NCBI RefSeq assembly: GCF_006345805.1
Contig: NC_043003.1
Span: 110,422,001 to 110,486,000, forward strand
Source: Octopus sinensis
Taxonomy: Eukaryota
Length of the DNA: 64,000 nucleotides
Direction of reading: 5' to 3'
The translations under genes were made by a program, and so were the position numbers. The stretch's first letter is position 1. Each line of letters starts with the position of its first letter. The notes beneath the pieces are model-generated. The model worked only from the letters and a program-made list of their open reading frames with translations. It was not told the origin of the DNA and ran no database searches. Shown one piece after another: positions 1-14,001 of this stretch.

Positions 1-1135
1 CACAACACTAAGATTGTAAGCCCAATGCCTGTAACCATTGAGTGATGTGCCTTCACACGCACATATATACTTATATGTATGTGTGTATATGTGCAAGTGT
101 GTATATGTGAAAGTATATAAATGCGTGTGTATAAATATAATAAAGAAGATAGAAGCGTATCCTTGTACGTTTGTATATTTGTTTGTAAAGGACAGTCGAT
201 AAATTACCCTCCAGAAACTTGGAAAGAAAAAATATCAGAAGCACTAATACATGAAATCAGTTCAAGAAGATTGATATACCTGAACATAGAGAGGAGATTT
301 TCTTTGCTTTAGTGCTTCTGTTTTGGAGTATTTTGATAAAAAAGGACATAAGAAGCAGACAAATGTCAGTTCAACATAAATATCAACAATTATCACTCAT
401 ACTGAAATACATAATCATGTATTTCCATATATGTGAGTGGTTTCGTGTGTATGAGTATAAAACTGGAGATGCGCTAACGCTTCCTTCGTATTTGAATCAT
501 ACGCGCAGGTGCGGCACGTGCAGACACCTACATCTAAGTAGTGACTTTCTGAACTACATATAGATTCGATTGAATCAAAATTTATTCGTTCTAGTCTCAT
601 AGGTATTAGAATAAATATACTACAAATTATAAATCTAATAATCTTCTATAAACCGCACACACGCACAAAGACTCAGGCTCATACAACTGATATGCATGCG
701 TGTGCTTGTAAACACTCACTCACATACACACACTCGTCCACATACCTACACACATAACACACAAAAACACGCATGCACTCACACACACATTCACATACAG
801 AAAATCTGGAAAGGTGCAGTTTTCAAGCTAATATATCTCGGAAGTGAATACATAGATGCCAGATATATCAACATGACAAAAACGCAGAAGAAATTGATTA
901 GACAGTTGTAATTTAGCAAAGCTATATATAAATATCTTACACTTGGCATAGCTGTGATGAAAAACAGAATTTCGTTTCTTTTGTTCAATATTAGGAAAAT
1001 AATACGAAAGAAAATATTTTTAAATGGATTAACAATACAAAAACTCTGGAGAAAGATTGCAGCGAAATATTATATTAGATTATAGCTACATACAACCCAC
1101 GCACATCTCTCCCTCTTTATCTCTATCTCTCTCTC

Positions 1136-1207
<72 letters not shown>

Positions 1208-1376
1208 CGTGTGCGGGTGTGTGTGTATTTATATCTAGATATCAATATAGTTTTATAAACATATATTCATATATACGTACATATATATGTACACATATAT
1301 AAATATATATATATATACATATATATATATTATATATATATATATTATATATATATATATATATTATATATATATA

Positions 1377-1413
<37 letters not shown>

Positions 1414-2730
1414 GAACGCCTGATTTTTTTCGAATTTCTGTATCAAAAAGGTTGGCTTTATCCAATATTTCTATGCTTTTATTTATTAGTTTATATGTAA
1501 TTCGAGAAACAGTTCCCTCAATAGTCACTCTCCGTTATCTCGGAACTTGATAAATTTTCATGACATCAAATATATATTTATATAAATACGCATACACACA
1601 CGCATGCACACACACACACACACGCATACACACACACACACACACGCAAACACACACACACAAACACTCATACACAAACACACAGGCATATATTAAACAG
1701 ATACATTTTTTTTTAAATGTTACAAATGGATTTTCAGCAAAAGAATCTAGCCTAGTGTCAAAAAAAATAGGACTCTTATTTTCCGGTTTGAAATATTTAT
1801 AATTTTAAAAATTAATGGATTTTGTAACAACACATATATTCACTAACATAAATCAATTTAAGCACGCCTCTAGAAACATAAATGTTTTCGACCTAATTGA
1901 TAATGATGCTTTCCAAAATGGTAATATACAAATTAAGCTTATATATATACGTGTATATTTGTGCGTCCATGCGTATGTGTGTGAATGTGTGTGCGTGAGT
2001 GAGTGTGGGTTTATGTGACTGGACTTGAGTGACGGTGCGTGACTCATTGAGAGAGAAATGGAAACGGTTTATCAGCTAAATTTAGAGATATGGATATCTA
2101 GATTTGTAAAAGAATATATATATATATATATATATATATGTATTTATGTATGTATGTATGTTAATAAATTCTCAAATGAAAGAATCCGTTTACGTAAAGA
2201 ATAATATGACAAGCAAATTGTGCATATATACAAATTGCTGAGATTGAGAAAGAACAATAAATTACGTTGTATATAATTTCAATAATGATATGTTAGTTTT
2301 TGCTGGACAGATAGAGGTAGAGGCTAGCTTAGGGAAAATAGCAATTACTGTATTATGAAAACACTTGCTATAAAAAAATTTGAAGTGCAATGAAGAAAGA
2401 TACAATTATAAAAGCAAAATGATTAATTTTCTTAAAAACTTATCGCATGCACGTGTGTTCACAGATACAAAATATAGGAGTCTAGGATTATTAAAAAGAA
2501 TAAGATAAGGTTTCTTGTTCTTAAGACTTGAAGTTATTAAACGTGCATACTTAGAGAACTTATATTGTAAAAATGTTTTCCATTATTTGGAGAGAGACAC
2601 ACAAGACGCTACAAAAGTAGTATCAAACTGATTATCTGAAGATAAAAAACCTTTTTATGAGTAATTATATATATATATTATATATATATATATATATTAT
2701 ATATATATATTATATATATATATATATATA

Positions 2731-3052
2731 CAGGAGGTGGTGCTGAAAATTCCTGGCTTTTGGTAAAAAGATAATTAACAATCGCCCCTTCCAAGACAGC
2801 CACATTATCTTGGCAAATAGGCTTTACTTTAACGAACTGTTACTGAATATCTCACTTTGAGAGATTTAGAAATAATAATGTTTCTATTAATTAAGTTTTT
2901 AACTCAACATATTCCCCTCTCAATTTCACAGGCTTATTGCAGCAGTCCATCAGTTGCCCTAAGCTCCGTGAAATAACTTGGAAATTTGGGCTTTCATTGA
3001 GGCACTTTGAGTTACCCTTATAGTCAAGAAAATTTCAGCGCTTCTCGTCATT
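2731..3052 (-). mobile_element. mariner-like DNA transposon, 3' terminal relic
   Basis: TA followed by TIR-like CAGGAGGTGGTGCTGAAAATTCCTGGC; the minus strand around 2905-2965 reads like a degenerate mariner C-terminus (..CNK.VKLRGEYVE). Confidence 0.5.
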
Positions 3053-3054
3053 GA

Positions 3055-3096
<42 letters not shown>

Positions 3097-3098
<2 letters not shown>

Positions 3099-3329
3099 CT
3101 TTACTGCCCACAAGGGGCTAAACATAGAGGAGACAAACAAGGACAGACAAAGGGATTAAGTCGATTACATCGACCGCAGTGCGTAACTGGTGCTTTATTT
3201 ATCGACCCCGAAAGGATGAAAGGCAAAGTCGACCTCGGCGGAATTTGAACTCAGAACGTAATGGCAGACGAAATACGGCTACGCATTTCGCCCGGCGTGC
3301 TAACGATTCAGCCAGCTCACCGCCTTCAA
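3097..3329 (-). mobile_element. tRNA-derived SINE, family A (Nin/Deu-like central domain), full length
   Basis: Minus strand: A-box-like GAGCTGGCTGAATCGTTAG, B-box GTTCAAATTCC, central GCCTTTCATCCTTTCGGGGTCGATAAA; about 15 related copies in the window. Confidence 0.9.
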
Positions 3330-4061
3330 CCTATATATATATATATAACTGTGTGTGTATGTGTGCGTGTGAGGGTAGGAAGAACACATCACCTTGCCCG
3401 GGTCGACTAAGGCCCTTTGTTTTGTTAAGAAGAGTGTGGAGGATAGTCCCTGTTGCAATGCTTCTGCGAGCAAGAAATTTATGTGAAAATATTGTAACCA
3501 ACTGTGAAGCACAGCAGCTGTTCTGTGGTGGCAATTTAGAGCAATGGTTGATCAGGGCTGGTGGAGTGTGGAAGAAACACTAACTCAGATATGTATGTAT
3601 CCATATTGCAGAAAGCACTCCTTCACCTCTTCTGCAGTGGTGAAATGAGGAAAGAAGACTATTTATGAAAGATGAAACTCTATGTCTCCCGAGTTAAAAG
3701 ACTCGAGAGAAAGGCATTAAAAAACCAGCCACGGGAACCTACTGAACACAATGGACAGGCCACTTCGTATAAAGAACAAGAAAGCATCCTGAAAGTCAAA
3801 TTTTTTACTACATTAAACTTTGCAAGAAATTCCTCGCGAGAATATTCGTCATCTGATTAATGCGTGCTTAATTGGGTCCTTGCATTGAAAAAGGCAAATG
3901 GCATGTCTACTAAACATTAGATGTTCACATAATGATAATTGATTAATAATTTGAATGTATGATTTGAGATTAAAATACATTTTAAAGATTATAAATGTGT
4001 TTATTTACTTCTCTTATGTATATGTGTGTGTGGGTATATGTGTGTATACATATATATATAC

Positions 4062-4910
4062 ATTCTCTTCCTTCAGGGGAACCGCTCACAGCCTCTAACA
4101 ATATCAGAGACCTGGGTGGAATTGTTGATGACGATCTCAGTTGGAGTGCACACATCAACAAGAAGGTCGATACAGCTCCTAGGATGAGTTCCTGGATCTT
4201 AAGTACTTTCCGGTCCAGAGAACAAGTTGTCATCATACCACTTTTTTCATCCTTTGTACGGCCACACCTTGAATACTGCTGCCCACTGTGGTCTCCTCAC
4301 ACAAGACAAAACATCTCCAGAATTGATTCACCCCAGAGGGCTCTCACTAAACAAATTGAAGGCATGGCTGCTCTCGACTATTGGGATCGCCTTAAAGCCT
4401 TGAAACTTTACTCCCTCCAGCGTCGCCGTGAGCGGTACATCATTTGTACGATGTGGAAAATATACCGCCAACTTTGCCCAAACGACCTAAACATTAGCTT
4501 CAAGGTTCACCCGAGACTTGGACCACGGGCTATACGTCCCCTGCCAAATTCAAGATCACAACATACATGTACACTGCAACATAATTTCTTTTCCTCAACA
4601 GGCCCTGCCCTATTTAACATTGTCCCGAGGGAGATCAAAGAGGAAAAGGATCCCATCAACTTCAAACAGAGTCTGGATAGATTCCTTCAAAGAATACCAG
4701 ACAAGCCACCCATAATTGGATACAACTCACCCAACAAGAACTCACTACTTGAACAAAACTGGATACAACTCACCCAACAAGAACTCACTACTTGAACAAA
4801 ACTTGACTTAAACAGGATTCGAATAATCCTATCAGGTGGTGCTATTAAGTTAGACATGGCCTGGACCAATCTCTGGTCGAAACATATCTAAGTTTTATCT
4901 AAGTCTAAGT
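4062..4910 (+). mobile_element. CR1-group LINE, 5'-truncated 3' end (RT C-terminal/thumb region)
   Basis: ORF 3995-4795 has DLGGIVDDDLSWSAHI..VRPHLEYCCPLWSP..LYSLQRRRER, typical CR1-group ORF2 motifs; short (CTAAGT)-type repeat tail at about 4887-4910. Confidence 0.9.
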
Positions 4911-5027
4911 TTTATATATATATATTTATGCATATATAGAGTGTATACAGTATATATATATACATACCTATATATATACGCATATAGATACAAGTGTATA
5001 TATGTATATATATATAGATATATAATA

Positions 5028-5095
<68 letters not shown>

Positions 5096-5179
5096 TATAT
5101 ATATATGTCTATATATATATACACATATATACATACATATAGATATATATATGCACATATATTGTGTTTGTATCTGTGT

Positions 5180-5214
<35 letters not shown>

Positions 5215-5659
5215 GGAGAGAGAGAAAGGTATAGAGATGTGATTATTCAATTATACACAAATAAATATCTACGTCTGTGTTTGCGTCTATAAGGCTTTCG
5301 ATTTATATTTTCATTTTTTCTATTGACCTACTATCAAATTTCCCACTGTGGGCGCTGTAAGAAATTGCTGGTGTTTCTCTTCATATTTCCTCTGGCGTTC
5401 AAAATTCATGAAACTTTGAGCTATGAAATAGGGAATGGTGGTTTAATTATAAATTATATTATTGTAATTATAGAGTATTCCTATTTTCTCGTTTTTCCTT
5501 TTACTCAAGTATTGGCGTTTACCGTCACTTGCAGTTACAAAATTGTGTAAATTATGTCCCTTTACAGTAATAATATATGCTCCAAATAAAGCCAAGATCA
5601 TTTCATCAGCAGAAAGGTCTTGACTTTACATTTATGGGATGAACTTACTGAGTATCTTC

Positions 5660-5940
5660 AAGATATATGGGAAGTTACCACCTGTATCGTCTCTTGTGAA
5701 AGGTAGAAGAGTACAGTTTGCTGGACATTGTTGTAGAGCTGTAAACGAGGTAATTTCTACTCTTCTCCTCTGGAAGGCATCTGCTCGCGATACCAGAGGG
5801 CGCACACTCTCCTATCCTGATGTAACCTCCAGCGATACAAGCTTTCAGCAACAGGACCTCCTTAATGCTATGATGGACCGTGAAGTCTGGCGTAACATAG
5901 TAAGTTTCATTTTCTCGACAACGTTCGAACAATGATGATC
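5660..5940 (+). mobile_element. RTE-clade LINE 3' end fragment
   Basis: YGKLPPVSSLVKGRRVQFAGHCCR..LLLW..GR..AMMDREVWR resembles an RTE ORF C-terminus; TGATGAT tail. Confidence 0.8.
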
Positions 5941-6290
5941 TTCAAGACAATCACATCAACAATGGAGAGTACTCTGCCAACTTGACAAGAGAGTTGCAAA
6001 ACGCTGTCAAGATCAAATCCCAGGAAAACTGTCAAAAGGAGTTTTATTTCATTAGGACGCTGCTCTAGCATACAATTCTTTCGGCTGCTGTGAGTGACTG
6101 TGTCTTTACACCGTTTATCACCGCCCCTGTTCTTCGGGTTTGGTCCCATCTCATCTGTTTTCCAACATGAAAAACACTTCTCTGTGAACTAGTATTACAG
6201 TAATGACGACGTCACGTCTACTGTTTATGATGCTTTCACCAACTGTATGAAAGTTTCTTCACCCAAGCACTGGAACATCAATGTTGAAAG
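5941..6290 (+). mobile_element. degenerate mariner transposase fragment
   Basis: Frameshifted translation resembles INGEYSANLTRELQNAVKIK.PGKLSKGVLFH (mariner catalytic region). Confidence 0.55.
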
Positions 6291-6339
6291 TATGTAGATT
6301 GCAATGGCGACAGATAGAGCTTTGCATCACTGACGTCGC

Positions 6340-6460
6340 AACTCATTTCTGGAGCTGAGTGAAATAAAGTGTCTTGCTCAAGAACACAACAAACAGCTCG
6401 GTCCAGGAATCGATATAACTACCTCACGATTGTAAAGCCCGACGCTCAAACAAGTCATGC
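6340..6460 (-). mobile_element. degenerate tRNA-derived SINE head
   Basis: AAGTGTCTTGCTCAAGAACACAAC..GGAATCGA..CGATTGTAAAGCCCGACGC; similar to the head fragment at 1-55. Confidence 0.5.
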
Positions 6461-6981
6461 GACTATATATGTTTGTGTGCATGTGTGTAAAATTACATAT
6501 AATTATATATGTACGTATACACACACACACTCGCACATATAATGTGTGTTATTTATTATCTTGTAAGCATATGCGCTCATATATCTCTAAATATGTATTT
6601 TTGGATTGTTTGTTTTTGTCTTTTCTCTGCATGCATCAGCAGCAATTGCGAATGACGGGAAAGTGGAGCGCTTCAACGTACCTAATGTTCTGCCTAGGAA
6701 GTATTAATAAATTGGCAACCAAGTAACAAATTATTTTTGTTGACAGATGTGGCCTAGGCTTTGGTGTTAGATTCAATATAATAAACGACATAAAAATGAA
6801 GTAAAGCGATTGAGTTCCTGACTAAACGCATTTTGTTATGTTACTAAATCCCTTTACACTCTAGGATAAAACATCAACAGAATTCATATCTCTTTCATCG
6901 TTCTGGAATCAATACAAATGTGCACTATGCTGCCAGTGACTTACCCGTTTTTTTCTAGAAGCTAGAGACACATCATATTTA

Positions 6982-7029
<48 letters not shown>

Positions 7030-7261
7030 TATATATATATATATATGTGTGCATATACATATATATATATATATGTATCTATATATATGTATATACATAT
7101 ATCTGTATGTACGTACATGTATGTGTGTTTTTGTGTATATATATACATATATATATAAGGATATATATATATATATATACGCAGAGAGATATAGATACAT
7201 ACATACATAAATATATACATACATGCATACGTTTATAGATATTTAGACAGACAGAGACATA

Positions 7262-7457
<196 letters not shown>

Positions 7458-7984
7458 TTTCGTTTATAATTCTCAGCAAAATGAAAATTACTTGCACTAA
7501 CATGGCTTTCGTAAAAAATATATAATTCTTTCAGCCTTGTACACATGCTCACATATATTCACATATACGAACATTTCTATGTATGTGTATGTATACTTGT
7601 GCGCGTGTGCAGACGGAGATGTTAATGTGTTTATTGACTGTTGTGTATATTCTATTGCTGTATAAAAAAAGGAAAGCCATTGAACGTCAACTAAGGAGTA
7701 ATAACTGAATTACAGTCAAATATTGTTTTACTAATAGATTGATATGAAATTCGAAGCTTCTCCAATGATCGATTTATTAACTACTGGAAAAAGAAAATTT
7801 TGATAAATACCTAAAGGCAAAGAATATTAAATTGTGAAGAAATTTTTTGCAATTGATGGGGACGAATTCTCTTCAAATATATAATGAAGGTATATTGTTA
7901 AATTCTGAGTGAGGTATTGTCTACTATGCGACCTTTTGCGAAGTATAGTTATCTGTAAATGGTAACACGAAGTAAATTGTGTGC

Positions 7985-8077
7985 CTGACTGTGTGGTAGG
8001 TAAGTTATTTCCCAGCCACCTAGTTTAGGGTACAATGCCACTACGCGGCGTCTTGAGCTAGTGTTTTCTACTATATA
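7985..8077 (+). mobile_element. SINE family B 5' fragment (degenerate)
   Basis: Similar to the reverse complement of the head at 8850-8938. Confidence 0.55.
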
Positions 8078-8560
8078 CAGCGATGTCCGGAATTTGGGTA
8101 ATTCCGTAAACACTTTTATCCGTTAATAATGCTGGCTAACCTCAGTGAGCGTAGAAAAACTTCATTTAGTTTATTTTACTATCATAAGTAGATCTTCACA
8201 TTAGTAAATCCATGTCTCTATAGAGACTGCATGTTGTCGGTAGAGAAGTAGTAATATGTTAATAACTAAGGGAAACATAGATTATATATCCAGCTGTATC
8301 CAGTTATATTCTTAAGTCAATCACGTCTTTCCATTTCTGTAGCTACATATGAATCTGCTGCAACTTAGTGCAGACTGCAAACCTTTGCATAATCGTGTCC
8401 ATGTTTTGTGTTAATTGCCGCTCCTTCAGGCTGCCTTTCAGATTCCTCCAGAAGTAAATACAAGTCGAACCAAAATTAGACGTGGCGATAGTATTATTGA
8501 CTTCAGAATTAAACAGGATATACACATCACTGTTCTCCTTAATTATAAATATATATATAT

Positions 8561-8938
8561 TTTCTCTTTCTTTATTCTTTTATTTAAGTCATTTGAATGC
8601 AGCCATGCTGGAGCACCTCCTTTAGTCGAACAAATTGACTCCAGGACTTATTCGTTGTAAGTGTAGTACTTATTCTATCTGTCTCTTTTATGGGAACGGA
8701 AACAACGGCATCGGTTGTCAAGCGATGGGGGCGGGGACAAAGACACACACGCGCGCACACACACACACACGCACACACATATATATATATATATACAACG
8801 GTCTTCTTTCAGTTCCCGTTTATAAAATCCACAAGGCTTTGGTCGGTCCGAGTCTATAGTAGAATACACTTGCCCAATGTGCCACGCGGTAGGACTGAAC
8901 CCAGAACCATGTGGTTGGTAAGCAAGCTACTTGCCACA
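8561..8938 (-). mobile_element. tRNA-derived SINE family B (CORE-like) with internal (CA)/(TA) repeat
   Basis: Minus-strand head GTGGCAAGTAGCTTGCTTACCAACCACATGGTTCTGGGTTCAGTCC..TTGGGCAAGTG; related copies at about 41395-41696, 33705-33875, 52040-52169. Confidence 0.8.
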
Positions 8939-8945
8939 TATGTGT

Positions 8946-9048
8946 GTATGTATGTATGTATGTATGTATGTATGTATGTATGTATGTATGTATGTATGTA
9001 TGTATGTATGTATGTATGTATGTATGTATGTATGTATGTATGTATGTA
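8946..9048. repeat. (TATG)n microsatellite
   Basis: Direct inspection. Confidence 0.98.
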
Positions 9049-9984
9049 TACTAGCTAAATTACCCGCCGTTGACCGAGTTAATGGCTCAGGCAATAAACA
9101 GTTACATTACAAATCTTTTTACCTAACTAATAGTAATTCTTTTCATAAAAAAAGTCACTTAACGAAATTTCGGACTAAGAATACTCTGTAGACGCTTTTC
9201 TTTTCCTTCTTTTAAGAAAATATTTTTGTTTAATATCTAAAGTCCAAACATATGCAAGTTCAATTCTGTAATAATTTGCACAAAAATTCAAATCTTTTGA
9301 ATTTCTTTTCAATTTCTGCCGAAGCGAAATATTTTCCCGAACTCAAAATTGTATCCTACGTGCTAACAGGTAATCCTAACGTTAAATCGTAACCCTCAGC
9401 TCAATCCTAATCTTATCCCTAAAATCCAAACTACAATACTAATCCTAATATTAAATCCTAAACCCAGCCCCTAACTTTAGCCCTTATTTTTGTGTAGAAT
9501 CACATTCTCCTATGTTTCAAGTATACTTTCTAGAACCAAAAATCCGGAAGATTAAAATAGTTACCGTACACAACTTTATGATTAAGCAGGACGAAAAAGT
9601 GATAAGCAATTACAAATTTTGAAAAGTTCTTTTTTTCCAGAAGTGTAATGTCAGGTTAGAACACCAAAATGGATAAGATACAAAATGATTGCACTTTACC
9701 TATCTTTTTAACTTTGCGAAAGATGAAGGAGTGATTATAATTTTGGAAACGATAAAAACGTAACATTAATAAGATTGCTCACTTCAATGTTGACTTGAAA
9801 CGTCGTCTTTGGGAAAAGAAAAGTGATGTGAATCTAACTATTTAGCATCGATAATTTCTTTACCGTCCCCTCAAAAATAGGGGGGGGGGAGGAACCCTAA
9901 ATACTTTGGTTTTATCCGTATAATTTCGCTTTAAACGTTGTCAAGTACCTGTCTATAGATTTGCGAAACTGTATGTGTGAGTGT

Positions 9985-10063
<79 letters not shown>
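9985..10063. repeat. (GA)n microsatellite
   Basis: Direct inspection. Confidence 0.98.
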
Positions 10064-10065
<2 letters not shown>

Positions 10066-10079
10066 CGGGTGAGCGACGG

Positions 10080-10951
10080 AATATTTATCGAAATCCAGTG
10101 CTGAGTCAGTTTGGAGCCTAGCTTGTTGGAGGCACCAAGGTGCGCTTTGAAAGTGCTCATTCGGCCATGAAAGCTGTTCAGCTTACAGAATGTCCCTGAT
10201 TTATCAATGGGTGTTAATTTTAATACCCTAGGCACAAAAACGTGGGGTGACCTTCCAGAGGTCGTCATAGCAACCCAGACCATGATTGACTATGGATTTT
10301 GATGTTGGTTTAGGAGTCTACTATTGACAGAATCACAGATACTCTAAGGTCGGTCATTCTGTTGATGTAGTCTGCTCGATGTCAAATTTCTTGACGTCAG
10401 TGAACACCAGTTTGGGCAGTGTACCTTCACCAACTTCACGCAGGATAAGACGACTTCGCTCCAGGCTCATGGACTTATAAACTTGCATGAGTTCATGAGG
10501 GCGAATCATCTTCTGGAGGTAGGTCCTGAGATTCTCCTTCATTACTCGATGCATCGATGTTCGGCTTCATTTTTTTTATTTGTCAGCCAGTTTTCTGACA
10601 GATAATTTTGATAAGCTGAGAAGTCCGCACACATAATTTCCTATCACGTCCAGGTCCATCAGCAGTGGAACTAGTCTCTTGAAATTTCCTGACAATATTC
10701 CAGAATGCTGTTAGGTTAACTTTAAGCATTTTTGCCATAGCTGTATTACTTTCGCCTTCTTCGTGGAGGGTTATATTTGTATTTCGGTCCACAGCTAATT
10801 TATAAATCTAAATTTATTTAGGCTGAAACAAAATGAAGACACACTAAACTTACTAAACTTATTTACTGATGCTATAATTCCCATATCTTACAACATTTAT
10901 TGATAGTTATTAAAAACCGAATCTTCGGTTACCTTAATTTCAGGACACCCG
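10080..10951 (-). mobile_element. Tc1/mariner superfamily (maT/DD37D-like) degenerate transposon
   Basis: Broken ORFs give an HTH N-terminus (LHEEGESNTAMAKMLKV..VRKFQETSSTADGPGRDRK), LVFTDVKKFDIEQ and MVWVAMTTSGRSPHVFVP; TIR-like end at about 10925-10951. Confidence 0.8.
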
Positions 10952-11014
10952 CTTTGTGCATGTGTGCAGCTACGCGTGTGTGAGCGAGTTCGTGTGTGTA
11001 GATATGTATGTATT

Positions 11015-11051
<37 letters not shown>

Positions 11052-11087
11052 ACGAGTTGAAATAATATATCTATATCGGTGCTATTA

Positions 11088-11808
11088 CGAGTTGGTATCA
11101 AAAAGTTCTCGGACTTGTTCTGTAGCGCACCAACAGACAGCAGCACACGGTTGCGTGCATAGTGAGAGCTACCAGTTACCTTCGTGAGTGATATCGCTGT
11201 GTTTGCTTCGCAATTTTTGAAATTTGTGATTTAGTGATCATACGTGTTCTGTTGTCGGCGAGATTTGCCATGAACAGGAAGTTGTAAGAAAGAGCCAATG
11301 TGAAATTTTGCTTTAAACTTGGGGTGTCTGCAAGGGAAACGTTGGCCACGTATCGGCAAACTTACGGCAACGAGGCAATGAGTCGTACGCGATGTTTCAA
11401 GTGAGACGGAGAATAAGTTCCAGGAAGAAAGAAAGCAATCTGGAAAACCTGGCACGAGCGTCAACCCCAGACACGTGGAGACAAATCATGGGCCTGTGCA
11501 TGAGAATAGTCGGAAGGCAATCACCTATATTGTTGATGTTGTTGCTCGGTCGAACCCGCACTTTTCATCAGATTTACCACCTGCGAACTTCTATCCCTTC
11601 CCCAAGATAGAAATACATCTCAACTGTCAGCGTTTAACACCGTTATCGATACATCCAGGCTGGATTAAAAAAGTGACAGGCACGTCGGGACGAGTATGTT
11701 GCTGAACAAAATTACTATTTTGAAGGAGATTATATTAAAATTGAGGTAAATAAGTCATTTAAAAAAAATTAAATATAAGTATTCCGGGAAGTCTTTGATA
11801 TCACCTCG
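11088..11808 (+). mobile_element. internally deleted mariner element
   Basis: TA flanks on both sides; imperfect TIRs CGAGTTGGTATCAAAAAGTT / CGAGGTGATATCAAAGACTT; remnants RANVKFCFKLG..YGNEAMSRTRCF and PHFSSDLPPANFYPFPKI (YSPDLAP motif). Confidence 0.85.
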
Positions 11809-12491
11809 TATTTTTGATGTCCTAACTCAAGGTGTTCGCGGGACACAGAGTTTGTTAATAAGATGAAGTGAAGACAATTGAGATGAACTCCTTAGCGGTC
11901 TTCATATCTGACTATTCAGCATGAAATATTAAATATTGCAATATATAAAATATTTTATAGACTATTTCGAATATATTCATTTAAATATAATCAATAAATC
12001 TGCTTTTTCTTTTAGAGCGCTGTGAGTATGACGAAGCTCTACTAATATTACATATTTTGCAAGTTTATAACAAAGTGTATTGTGCATGAGAATATATCAT
12101 ATAAGAAAAACTTATACAAGGAAACCAGTTAGAATTTATTGAAAATAACTTCAAAGAAGGAAGGAATTACAGAAAACATCGTGGAGGATACAATATGCAT
12201 TAACATATATTTGAACACTCATTCATAAAGGCATAAAGAGACACACACACATACATACATGCGCACAAACAGACACACACACTCACGTATAGGCATGCAT
12301 GCTTAGAATTAAGAAGTAATATTGCCCTATATATATATACAGATGTGATTACCTGCATGTGTATTTATTTCATATATTGTATCAATATATATTGGCACAT
12401 GTGTATGTGTATACACATATGAGCGTGTGCATGTGTCCCTGCGTGTGTGTAATTTTCATTTGTAAATATTTATATTCAAGATCATTTACAC

Positions 12492-12910
<419 letters not shown>

Positions 12911-13669
12911 TTACACATAAATGTCTGCAAATAAAATATGCTGTGGATAAATACAAGAAATACACATATCAAGATGTTTCTGTTTTCGAAAGCAACACCG
13001 TTTATGGGAGAATATATTCAGAAAGTGTATATATACCTGCATGTCTCTCTGTGTATTTTTCCTCATGTGTGCATATATGCATGTAGGTGTATATGTAAAA
13101 GCAGAACTTTTGCACAAACTTTCTTTTTCTATTCAAATAAAATTCAATAGAGAATTTTCCAAGAAATCTGTAATATGCTCCAAGTTTCAGTTCGCAGACG
13201 TTCGTTTATTTGCAATAACAATTAAACTAAAAGACAATTACTTTCACTTTTGTTTTATTTCCTATATAATCAATAACATTTATAAATTAATTACCTCTTT
13301 AGTAACACCAATCAACATGATAACATAGCCTTCGTATTTCAACGAAAGCTATGCATTATACCATATTGCATATTGTCCTATAGTAGCAAACGCACACACA
13401 CTAACAAACGCTCAAGCACACGCATATATTTGATTATATCTATATCTGCACGATTATAATTATATCAGTGACTACGCATATTTTGTACTGATTTACACAA
13501 ATATTTTCATATTTCTGAACATTTATTTCATCATGTACACGTGTATTGAAGTTAATATACTGCGATATATTGTGTTTTGTGTACTACGGGTGGGTAATTC
13601 CACTGTATAGATATTTAGATGTTTTGAGCCAAATACGTATGTATGCATATCAATCTGTCAGATTCTCTG

Positions 13670-13742
<73 letters not shown>

Positions 13743-13755
13743 TTAACTATCTATC
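13670..13755. repeat. (TCTA)n microsatellite
   Basis: Direct inspection. Confidence 0.97.
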
Positions 13756-13780
13756 TTTCCATCTCTCTCTGTCTGTCTGC

Positions 13781-13811
<31 letters not shown>

Positions 13812-13837
13812 CACATACATATACATATATATATATG

Positions 13838-13871
<34 letters not shown>

Positions 13872-13961
13872 CATATATATACATATACATATATATACAT
13901 ATATATACATATATATTATACATATATATATACACACACATATATATATACATATATATAT

Positions 13962-14001
<40 letters not shown>

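Noticed and set aside
3179-3583. Recurring peptide MRNW..IYRPRKDERQSRPRRNLNS (also at 23896 and 61256)
   Set aside because: Antisense translation of SINE family A, not a gene family.
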